Below, piece after piece: positions 12,001 through 24,000 of a DNA stretch of 64,000 bases. The notes beneath the pieces are model-generated. The model made no database searches. It saw nothing but the letters and a program-made list of their open reading frames with translations, and had not been told where the DNA came from. The stretch is from Podarcis cretensis (taxonomy: Eukaryota). The stretch spans positions 43,834,001 to 43,898,000 of the forward strand of contig OX638155.1 of NCBI GenBank assembly GCA_951804945.1, written 5' to 3'. Position 1 is the stretch's first letter; every line of letters begins with the position of its first letter. Position numbers and translations under genes: made by a program.

Positions 12001-15000
12001 GTAGTCATGTGAGAAGCTAATTGCAATGCTGGACAGTTTCTGTTAGACTGATATATCCATGTATAATGATGGTAGTGTCTTAATTTTCTGTAGGAAAAAT
12101 ATAGCAGCTGAAAAGTTCTTATCCTACATCAATTGTTTTAATATGTGTGCTCCTGTTTGCCACAAGGAGGATTTGTCAAGGATATTGTGAATACAGTGGT
12201 ACCTCAGGATGCGAACGGGATCCATTCCGGATCCCCATTCGCATCCTGAATAGAACGTAAGAGGTGCACGCGCGGGTCATGTTTCGCCTCTTCTGCGCAT
12301 GTGTGTGATGTCATTTTGACCGTCTGCGCATGCGCGAGTGGCGAAACCTGGAAGTAACGCTCTCCGTTACTTCCGGGTTGCCGCAGAGTGCAACCTGAAA
12401 ATACTTAACCTGAAGCATATTTATCCCGAGGTATGACTGTACTTGGAGCAGTTGATTCGTGGGCAGGGACTTGGGAGACTGTTAGCAATTTGTGATAGTG
12501 CCAGAGAGCCCTAATCATGCATCAAGGGTCCTGTTGTTATGTGTATACCATAGGTAACAAGACACCGTTATCCTCTACACTGTAGAATAAGTGTAAAATA
12601 AGAAAGCATGAGACAACTGGAATATTCATCTGTATGAAAATAGATGGGGAATGGCCAATTCCTCTTCCCACTGTACTCCAAAAGGGTAGAACAATGGAAA
12701 GTGCTCTATCTGACTTATTAAAAGTATTGCTCTTGTAAAAAGACTGTTAATAAGCCAGTCACCCAGTGAAAGCAAAATGGTAAATTGAGAGAGTAGTTAG
12801 AATGACAGCAGTGGATTCCATAGATGACCGATCCTTGAACAAGTGGGGATCATCCATGTTTTTTGGAGATAGCTGGTACTCACAAGATTTTTATGTCTGT
12901 TGCTTTGACAATATGTAAGTGTTGGTAATTAAACTTGATCAGATTGCTGCTGACATGAATAGTGTTGCAATAAGTTGGAAGATAACATCATGGATATAGG
13001 CTGACTTCTTCCCCCACCCTATCCTAAACTTAAAACTAACTAACAGATTTGAAGAAATACAAAGTACAGCCCAGCAGCATCTAGATAATTGCGCTAGATG
13101 CCACAGTCACAGGAACTTCGCTCTGCTGCTTCCAGGAGCGAAGCCTTGGATTTGCTTCAGCATTATGCCTGAACCTAGACTTGTGGTTTGCTTCCCTCCA
13201 AGCAATTAATTATAACCTAAGTTTGTTTTTGGCTTTATTGCCCATGGTTCCTATGTAATGCTAAACAAAACTAGGGCAGCACAGTAGGAGCAGAGGAGAA
13301 GCAAAATTGTTAGCCCTGGGCACCAGCATGCTGAATGCTTATATTTAAACTATACTTAACCTTAACAGTGGTTTTAAGTCCTGATTTTGGTTTTAATGAA
13401 ATTGCACTTCCTAACTACTTTCTTGGGTCTTCATCAATTTTGAGCTTCATATTCATTTAGGTATATAAATTTGGCTACTAGAGATCTTTATCTGGTATGA
13501 CAGGAGAGGTTTTCAAAAACAGTTATTTTACTGAAGGACTAGTGGAAAAAGCAGTCAGCTGCAGATGGTGTGTGGTTTACAAAATATTTGAGACTGAAGG
13601 AAATTGGAGAACAATTTTGTGCAAAAAGTGGATACAGTTCAAGAAGAATGGCTGAATTGTACAAAAAGCATGCTTTGAAAGGGAAGAATGGTAAAGGCAC
13701 ACAAAGTTTTAAGACTAATCTGTGTTGAAAGCAGACTGCTGCATAGCCTAGCTTTTTCTCAGCATTAGGCATCTGTTTTAAAATATAGATTTGTGATTAT
13801 AAGGAATGTTTCTGATGTCTCTGATAGTTGGTGTGGATGACTACAGCTCAGAGTCTGATGTGATTATTATACCTTCAGCCTTGGACTTTGTCTCACAAGA
13901 TGAAATGTTGACTCCTCTGGGAAGATTGGACAAGTACGCTGCAAGCGAGAATATTTTTAACAGGTATGGTATTTTAGCCTAAATAATCTGTTTTATAAGG
14001 AGCTATCTTAAAATGTTTTGTGTGCAGGACAAAACTTAATCTCTTTTTTACAAGGAAATTCTATGAATTAAATTCACACACTTGTCCACCTTTTTCATTT
14101 AATGGATTATCTGTCCTTATCAAGGGCTATTTGGTACATTACTTTGTAAGAAGATATGTATTTAAGATTTGTATTGTATTCACACTATAACACAGTAATG
14201 TTTGAAGAGACTACAATTCATTTCCAAATGTAAGAATACCAGCTGTACACATGATTAAAGATGGTGGCCTCCTCGTATGTTACATTTAATGTAACATGTC
14301 TTCGTTTACAAGGATCTGTCTGCCATCTGATATCAGAATATACAATGTTGTAAAATTCACCTTAGTTTTTGTTGAGTTCTAAGGAAAGATTTTCCTGTTT
14401 TTGTATTCGATATTCTTATACAGTGGTTTAATTTTAGTATTCTTTTCTGGGTAATAGTTCAAAATGGTTTGTTTTGATTTTTTAATGTTAAGTATTCTGT
14501 TCTGAACAGTTTTTTATCCTGTGGGCAGCAGGCCGTATTTGGTGTAGCAGACAAAAACTTGGACCAGGAAAGCTGGGTTCACATTGCCACACAGCCATTA
14601 AACTTTGGGCAAGACACACACTAAGGGTTGTTGTGGGCAAAATAGTGTAACCCATATATACTACCTTGAGTTTCTCATAAAGAAGGCTTGGATGCAAATG
14701 TGTTACATTAAGGTGGGATAGATAAATTATTTCTTGACATGTAAAAGCTATAAACTTAGTTCCACAATATTGCAATTTTATTCTCTCATGTTCTAGGCAA
14801 ATGGTGGCTCGAAGTTTGTTGGACACTTTGAAAGAAGTGAGTGATGATGAGAGAGATTGTATTGCTGTACTGGAAAGAGTCAGCAGGCTAGCTGATGATT
14901 CAGGTGTGTAGTATGAGCTATCTTAATGAGGTAATGAAGTAGATTAAATGTTGGGGTGGTTAATGTGAATAGTGGATAAACTAGATTATATTTCTTTGTT

Positions 15001-18000
15001 CCATGCTATTAGTATCCTCAGTAAAGGTAAAGGTAAAGGTACCCCTGCCCGTACGGGCCAGTCTTGACAGACTCTGGGGTTGTGCGCCCATCTCACTTAA
15101 GAGGCCAGGGGCCAGCGCTGTCCGGAGACACTTCCGGGTCACGTGGCCAGCATGACAAAGCTGCATCTGGCGAGCCAGAGCCGCACACGGAAACGCCGTT
15201 TACCTTCCCACTGGTAAGCGGTCCCTATTTATCTACTTGCACCCGGAGGTGCTTTCGAACTGCTAGGTTGGCAGGCGCTGGGACCGAGCAGCGGGAGCGC
15301 ACCCCGCCGCAGGGATTCGAACCGCCGACCTTTCAATCGGCAAGTCCTAGGCGCTGAGGCTTTAACCCACAGCGCCACCTGCGTCCCCTTCAGTATCCTC
15401 AGTAGTTCATTCAAAAAAGCAATTGTTGCTTTGCAGCTGCTGAAGGATCATGTTTATAAAACCAAATTCATGTTATTGCTGGCAGCACTGTAAAGAATAT
15501 TTAGAAAAGGATCAAAATAATACCTATTTCAAAATGGCTCCTAATAGCAAGGAGGCTTTACAGGAAAACAAGGAGACCATAAAATGAGAGAAAAATGGAG
15601 ACTGGCATAGGGTATTAAAGGCAGATTAAAGGCAGAAAGTGGTAGGGAAGTGCAGTGGGATGGGGATATTGGCAAAAATTGCACCCTTCCTATTCCACTT
15701 AGCAGATGCATCCTCTGGATTAAAAGGACTTTGGTGAGCACAGGAACATCAGTTGAATTCCACAATTAATACTACTTGCAAAACAAGAAGGATTAGTGAC
15801 TCTCTTGAACTTTTAATTCATGAAGCAATAAATTTGAATCCAAAACGATTCCTTTATGACCAATTAGAGATAGTTTATTAGTACCGCATTATAGTAGGTA
15901 TTTGACTTTCGATCAGGAGATCGATAACATATGATTTACTGGTTCATCTTGACATTTTTATCAATAGAGCCAACAGTACGAGCTGAATTGATGGAACAGG
16001 TGCCTCATATAGCTATGTTTTGTCAAGAAAACAGGCCTTCAATCCCTTACGCTTTTTCAAAATATTTATTGCCTATTGTGGTGAGATACCTTGCAGACCA
16101 GAACAACCAGGTGAGAATTCATTAAAGTTATTGAATAATTACACAGTTGTGTACAGATTTTACATGTTTGAAATAAACTGCATGCAGATCTTGCAATCCT
16201 CCCACTTGTTATCCAAAAATTCACTTACCTGAACATAAACAATTATTCCCAAACCTTACTACACGCACAGCTGATTCAGATATCTGAATAGCCACAATTT
16301 GTCCACTTCCCTACTTGTTTATGTTTTGCTGGTTGGCGGCCGCCATTTGGGGGGGGGGGAGGGAGGATAATGGATTAGAAATGTTCCTGCAGGAAATAAT
16401 GGAAATTGCCAGCTTGTTATGCAAATGCTCTTCTAATAAACAGTTTCCTGAGAATGCATTGTGATTGGTAAGCAGGACCTGCGTTTAATAGTACCATGTT
16501 AATACTCATCCAAATAAATTGTTTACATAACAGCATCAGTGTGTATGGGACTTTGAAGTAGCAACATGACAGGTCCCTTCCCATAGGGGCTGACACCTGA
16601 ACATTCACTACAGGGGAGGGAAAAACAATGCAGTTTAGTGGTTTTGAAATTTCACAATTATTTGGATCAGTTAATGTCCCAACAACTAAAATTAGATTAA
16701 AGAGTTTTGAAATAAATTTGTGTCACATACTCCATAATTAAATTAAACAATTTATATTAGTCTTCCACAAACCGATGGACTTATAGTTCAAAACATCTGG
16801 AGGGCATCATGCTGGGAAAGGCTAGTCTGTATGAATAACCTGTTTACTTCTGTGTTCTCTTTAGTGCCTTTTGCAGTGGTACTTGACCAGTGTTACATAG
16901 TAGCAGTAGTATAAATATTATCAAATTAAAGATTTACAATGGTATCATTCCATATGTTAAAGAATTCATGGAAATAAATACTAACAGTATATGGCAATAT
17001 CCCAGACAACATAATCCTGTGTAGATCCTATTCAGAAATAAGGACCATTGAGTTCAGTGGGACATTCCTAGGTAAATATAGAGTGGAGCCTGAAAGCGAT
17101 TCACAGGAGTTAGTTCTTGCTGTCTTATAAAATGTTTGTTCTAAAGCTTTGTGGCACAGGTGGAAACATAATTCAAGTCCCTTCCTCTCTTCTTTTTAAA
17201 CATAGGTGAGAAAAACAAGCCAGGCAGCACTACTTGTTCTTTTAGAGCAAGAACTTATTGAACGATATGATGTGGAGGCCAAAGTATGCCCAGTTCTTGT
17301 AGAGCTGACGGCTCCAGACAGCAATGATGATGTGAAGACAGAGGCTGTGGCAGTAAGTTGGAGGATGACTTTGCATTGTCTATATTAATTAATTATCTGG
17401 ATTTACTAAACAGCAAACATGCTTGCTTTCCCATAGAGTATCCTTTGTCATGAATGAGATGTAAACTAGTGCTTTGCAGACTAAGATAATGGTGTAGTTA
17501 TAGCGATAAGCATGTTTCAGAGATCATAAAACATTTTTTGAACCAAGAACAGAGAAAATGGAAGAATGGTGATGCTTCAATCCTGCTCACAAGTTGTTAA
17601 ACTCCTGGTTAACTTCCATGGAATAAAGCATCCAAACTATACAGGATTGCATCCACTGAACTTAATGTGGACCAAGAACTCAAATTAGAAAATAATTAGA
17701 AAAAAATTTAATTGCCTTTGTTCTGTCTTATTGGGCCTTGCAAACAAGGAAAATTATTTCACCCATGATTTCTTGCTTTGTCAATGTCTGGTGGAGGGGG
17801 AAAAGGAGTGAAAGGGTTCACCTCATTCATTCAGCTGGCTGTAGCTCAACAGCCATTGAAAGCTAGCAGCAGGCACTTTCTTTGACACATACTTGGTCAG
17901 TGACAAATGTGGTCTGTGTCTGAGAAAGAGTGGGGGGAGGTATGTGTGATCTGTGTGAGAGAGTTGCATTTATTAAAATTCTATCACATCCTTCCTCCCA

Positions 18001-21000
18001 AAGGAGTCTCAGGTACCAGTGTATGTATGTATGTATGGTTGGTGTGTGTGAGTAGGGAGGGGAGTTGCAGGTAGGTCTGTGAGAGAGAGATGCACTTGGG
18101 CAGGCAGATGCATATGTGTCTGTGGTCTGTCTGTGTGTGGTGAACATGTGCATGTGTTATGCAAGACATAGTGTGGTGTGTGGTGTAACCATTTTCTAGA
18201 TTTTTCCCTGGTAGGAATGGGGGGGGGGATCAACATTGTATAATCTCCACAATCAGGATTAAAAGGTCATAGCTAACTTCTCACATTACTCATAAGGGGT
18301 GGAGCATGAAGCAGCAATGAGTGTGCTCTTATGTTGTGTCATGCCACCACCAGCCATTTTTTGACTGGTGCCCATGGTGCTTTCCTAAAATTCAAAATAC
18401 TACTACTAGTCCATAAAGGTAGGCAACCCCTAGCTGAGACCAAGAGAAACATTTTTTCATTGTATCTGCCTTCTGTTAATTTTAATTGGCAAGAGCATTT
18501 TGTTTCAATGTACAGAGAGGATGCAAGAGAAAATACTAATTAAGCATTTTGTAATATACATTTTCATAAAAATGCTATTGGATTACAAGCAGGAATTTTT
18601 GCATATCTAGGAATGCCGTGATACCAGATGCATAATCAATGTTTTTCTTGTAATTAGATAATGTGCAAAATGGCCTCTATGGTAGGAAAGGACATTACAG
18701 AGAGGCTCATTCTTCCCAGGTTTTGTGAGATGTGCTGTGACTGCAGAATGTTTCATGTTCGTAAGGTATGACCTTTTTCCTTTGTAAATCTCTTATTTCC
18801 CTTCTTTACCTTGCCAGAATTTTAGCCATGCTTTTTTTTGGAAATAGAAAGTGTTTATTCTAAGTAGGAATCAAAACCTCCTTTTTGAATGCACTGATTT
18901 CTTGGCAGCTTTGTATATGCAGGTCTTTCCTGTTTATTGGAATGAATGAGGAAACTATAGGTAACGATTATGGCCATAAACAACCATTGTCTTAAGATGT
19001 CAGTGTGGCATCTAGAAAATATGACTTGGGACTCTGGAGACATGACTTTTAAATCCCTCCTCTGCCAGGTAGCTCAGTGGGTAATTTTGAGTGAGTCATT
19101 AACTCAGTAGCTAACCATCACTGATGGTAGCTAAGAGGCTAAAAATGTGATAACTCCTTGTATGCCACCTTGTATTTCTTGGAGGAAGGACGGGATTCAC
19201 TGACTCCATTCACAGTAAGGCAGGGCAGAAATGAAGGATTTTCAGGACATCACTGCAAATGAAGAAGCAAGTAAACGTCAGCTGTTGCTGATACTCTCTA
19301 GGGTTTGGCATTTGACTCGCCAGAGCACATACTTTGAATATTGTCCAGTCAAACAGTTGTAAAAATTAAAGCATTAGAATGATAATATTTGACTGCTATC
19401 CTATCCTCACTTTATTCTGCAAAAATTATGGAATCCCGAAATTAAAATGCTAGTATCATAAAGCTGGGAAGGATTAGGAAGAACATAAAGATCAGCCCAG
19501 CTACTCTAAGGCAAGATCTTACATACATCAATATTTCCTCTTCAAATCATAAAATTGTAGAGTTGGAAGGGACCCAAAGGGTCATCTAGTCCAACTCCCT
19601 GCAATGCAGGAATCTCAGCTCAAGCATCCATGACAGATGACCAATACAACACAATTTGTTGGCCAAAACAGAACAAAGTCCATAGTACTGAGGTACATCA
19701 GTGCAAGACAAGAGCAGATAACAAACAAATGAGCCATTGCTGCACTATGGGAAGGGCAAAATTCTCCACATTTGTTATTGGCATCATACCCACACCAAAC
19801 ATTTAAAGCACTCTTCCACCACTTTAAGAGTCATGGCTTTTCCCAGAGAGTAATGGAAACCATATTTTGTGAAAGGTGCAGAGACCCTTAACAAACTACA
19901 GTTCCCAGGATACTTTAGCAGAAGCCATTACTCTTAAGGTGGAAGAAGGGTCCTTTAAATGTATGGTGTAGATGCAAGTAAAGTCTGAACTTTAGGGCGA
20001 AATTCTTTCTTGACTCAAAATCTGGTGATTCGTTAACAGCTAAATGTGAAATGAGATCCACCCTCATTCTCCCCAAAGGAAAACATAATTGCATTGAATG
20101 TTCACCTCATTCAGCATCGGTTCTGTAGTAAGGGGATGAAGCAGAGGGAGTTGGGTAAACTCAACAACTTAGGAAAGAAGACTTTTCTGATCACCCACAT
20201 TGGCTCATAACTTAAGTTTCCAGAACCTTTAAAAAAATGTATATTTTATCCTGCTTAATACTTAAACCAATTGTGCTCTTTACCAGTTTGTTCCTGCAAC
20301 TTTTAGGGAAACAAGATTTCTTGTTCATATCAAGTTGTAGCTCCTATTTTTAAATTAGCTAACTTTCAAGATTAGAACTGCAGTGAGTAGTAAACCTGTG
20401 GCCCAGCGCAATAGATTTACAGTTGATTGCAAAGCATTACGTGGAGTAGTTTGAGAACTGCAGTCTTGCTTTTTTGAATAGTTCTTGTCTGCTTGGTGCC
20501 ATATTATAATAAATGTATTGTTTTTTCAGGTTTGTGCAGCCAATTTTGGTGACATCTGTAGTGTAGTTGGACAGCAAGCCACTGAAGAAATGCTGGTAAA
20601 TCCAAATTCTGGAATAGGTTTTGATAAGCTGCAGTTAGTTATAATTCTTCCTATTAAAATCACTAGAACCAAAGTACACTGATTTATGCTAGATTTCATT
20701 AATACCTTTCACCAACTTTAGTGCATCAGCTACGGCCATTCCTGGACCTAAATATCCTGGCCACAGTTACACATGAATTCTATGTGGAGCTGTTCCAAAG
20801 GCTACAAGTTGTACAGAATGCTGCTGAGTGGAGTAGCTTACTGGAGTAGCTTAAGCTCTGTGAGACGATGGGATGGTTTTATAATGCCAAAAGGAAGCAA
20901 TATAATAAAGCAATTCCAAACATAGGAAGCAAAAAAATGAATGCACCCTTGTCTTAATCTTGTCCATAGCACACTTAATAATTTTCCACTATAACATTTT

Positions 21001-24000
21001 ACAAGTTTATGAGGAATTATTTCAAGATAAAAAGTCAAAACCTCATTTAAATTATTCATACAAAATTTGTGTTATGCTTTGTATTTTTTCAGCTTCCTAG
21101 ATTTTTTCAGCTTTGTTCTGATAATGTTTGGGGTGTGCGGAAGGCTTGTGCTGAATGTTTTATGGCTGTTTCATGTGCCACATCACAGGAGGTCCGGCGA
21201 ACAAAATTATCAACACTTTTTATTAACCTTATCAGTGACCCTTCACGATGGGTAAGATGTCAGCTGTTAAGTTCCCCTTCTCCTCCTGCAAGATTCTTGA
21301 CAATTATTTTGAGAGTTTAATTAATGTTTAAAGTATTGATAATACCATTGACATGTGGAAGAGGGGTGATGTATTATGCAAGGTATAGAAGCTCCATCTC
21401 TGTAGTGTTTTGTAGACGTTGATTATGTTTTCAATAACTATTAGGGCTAGCATTTTAAGGCAACTCTATGTCCAGATACTTTTGTCGTTTTACTTATTTG
21501 TTAGATGCCACAACATATTTTACTACTTTGAAAAAGCGTAAGGAACAGTGCTGTTATTTGCCAGAACCAAAAGTAAAAGTATATGCCCCAAAATGAAATC
21601 TTCTACTATGAAAGTAAATATAACCACGTACAGTGAAAGTGTACAGAGGTTCTTAAGATGGTTTGACAAAGGGATAAACAATTGGGCAGGAAACAGGATG
21701 TGAAAATGCATATATATCTATTAAACACTTTACAATCTGGTTTGTATTTGTTACTTGGTTCCTTCTCTAGCTTTTAAAATATGTATTTGAAAATATTTTT
21801 GGATTTCCTGCTCACCCATTCTAATATCTGCTTTGACAAATTGTGATTTCTTCTGTTAAAGAGATGTGTACTTCTGTAAGTTCTGAATATAGATGGAAAT
21901 GTAATGTAGGAATTTATAGTAAAATTGTGGTGAAATATATGAGAATAATGCAAGATTTCTCTGGATTAGAATAAGGGGTAGCTAACCTGTGGTCCTCCAG
22001 ACAGGAGCTGTAGTCCAAGAACATCATCCCTGACCACTGGTCATATTGACTGAGGTTTTTTGGAAGCTGGAGTCTGACAACATTTGCAGGGTTTGCAGGT
22101 TTCCCACCCTTGCTCTAGAGTTTTTAAATATTCTCCTGCAGACAGATCCGTACTTTAATATGTGTATTCAGACACTGGTGTGACACTCAAGTATGTACCT
22201 GGTTGTAATGTAATATTCTTGAGGCAGCTAGCATAATGCATTCCCATGTCCCACTTCTTGGCCTTGTTTCAAGATGCAAGATTTCCTTGCAGCATACCTT
22301 GGGGAACTTGTGATGTTTCCACTTCTGACAGCTGGAACACTCATTACAAGCAGCTATATTTAAAGGAACTCTCTGGAATCCATTACTCTAGGTCCGCCAA
22401 GCTGCCTTTCAATCCCTGGGGCCTTTTATATCAACGTTCGCTAATCCATCCAGCAGTGGTCAATTTTTTAAAGAAGAAGAATGTAAAAACACTGAGGATC
22501 GGAACCTTGCAGAGGAACATAGGTATGGACTGGTTATTAATTTCATTTAAATTCATTGGCTCTTAGCATTTTTTTTACTGATAATTTGATTGTATGTTCT
22601 ACCATTATGAAGGAAATTTCATGTCCCAAGTTCTGAGGTAGGATGGGTTTAAGAAAAATCTTTCTTTTAAACAACCCAAACATTCTGATTATTAGACATA
22701 CACATTTTGTAGGTCTAGCAATGAAAAAATTGTGGATACAGAATATATGTGCCAAATGTTCATTCTTTTTGAAGTACCTTAATTTTGACGCTGCCTGTTT
22801 GTGAGCAAGTAAGAAAGGCACAAGTGTCCTTATGTAGACCAGCAGTGACTAACTATGCCAGAAGTCGAGGCCAGTTTATTTTGCACTATAATGCACATAC
22901 AGCTCCTTGTGCTTTGGTGTAACACGTGTCTTTAATTTTGTGTTTGCTTGTTTGTCCCAGCATCCTTCCACCCTCCATTTTCCCCTTTGTGACCTCCATA
23001 TTGCAGATTGACCACCCATGTTGTAGCCAAATATGTCTTTATAACCACTATGGTAGATAACACACACATTTATTTTCTTTGTCCAGCAATGAAAGAATTG
23101 TAGATACAGAAGATATCCCAACACATGATGTACAAAGCCAGACAGAGTTGCCTTTAGATGCTGATGAGAGTGATTTTGCAGAGACCCTTGAAAATGACAA
23201 GGAAGAGAGTAACTCCATGTTGGTTCATTCCCTGCCTGAGACAATGTTTCATTGCACTTCGTCTTCAGAATCATGTCAAGAAGCAGCAAATAAGAACGAA
23301 CAAAGTTTTGATTGCTGTAGTATAGCAGTATTGCCAGCACCTGCACCGAGTTCCCAGGAAAAACCCCTTTCTGATCAAGAGCTATATAACTCATTCAATT
23401 TCTGGAGGACTCCACTTCCCAAGATAGATATTGATTTAGAACTTCAGGAAACTGCAGAAACACTTGATTCAGAAACTCAGGAAGGAGAGCAGGAAGTTGT
23501 TGCATCAGCTTCTTCAAACGTTACCATGGCTACAAGGAAGGAGTTGGAAGAAATGATAGAAAATTTGGAGCCTCATATAGATGATCCAGATGTTAAAGGT
23601 ATTAATACATGTTAATACATTCCTAGTTCCAGGTGAGGTGTGAATTAGATGCCTAGAAAAGAAAGATTAAGGCCAATTGATTGAAACTGAAATGAATCTT
23701 AGAATCCTGTAGGTAAATAGCCTTGATTTATGCAAATACACTATGCTTACTTATCAAGAAAATCAGGTCTATGTTTTGCACCACTACTCCCTCCCACACC
23801 TTCTGTCCTTCCATTTCCTTTTCTTGATTTCAAACAAAGATCTAAATTACAGAGTGGATAAATTGTTACAAGTTAGTTGGGCCAGTTTTCCCTGGCCATT
23901 TTACTCCCTGGTTTAAATGTTAAGCTGCCTGTTAAAAAGTGATTTGGGTATCAAATCCCAACTATATCAACATATTGCAGTACATTAGAAGTGAAGCTGT

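Noticed and set aside
15290-15391. tRNA-like box A/box B sequences here and at 33680-33745
   Set aside because: These are SINE heads, not complete tRNA cloverleaves.
16335-16365. Isolated YY1-like GCGGCCGCCATTT followed by a G-run in intron 5
   Set aside because: A single motif without a CpG island, likely a repeat remnant.
22876-23394. 172-aa antisense ORF over PPP4R1 exon 11
   Set aside because: Shadow ORF with no recognisable homology or supporting exon structure.
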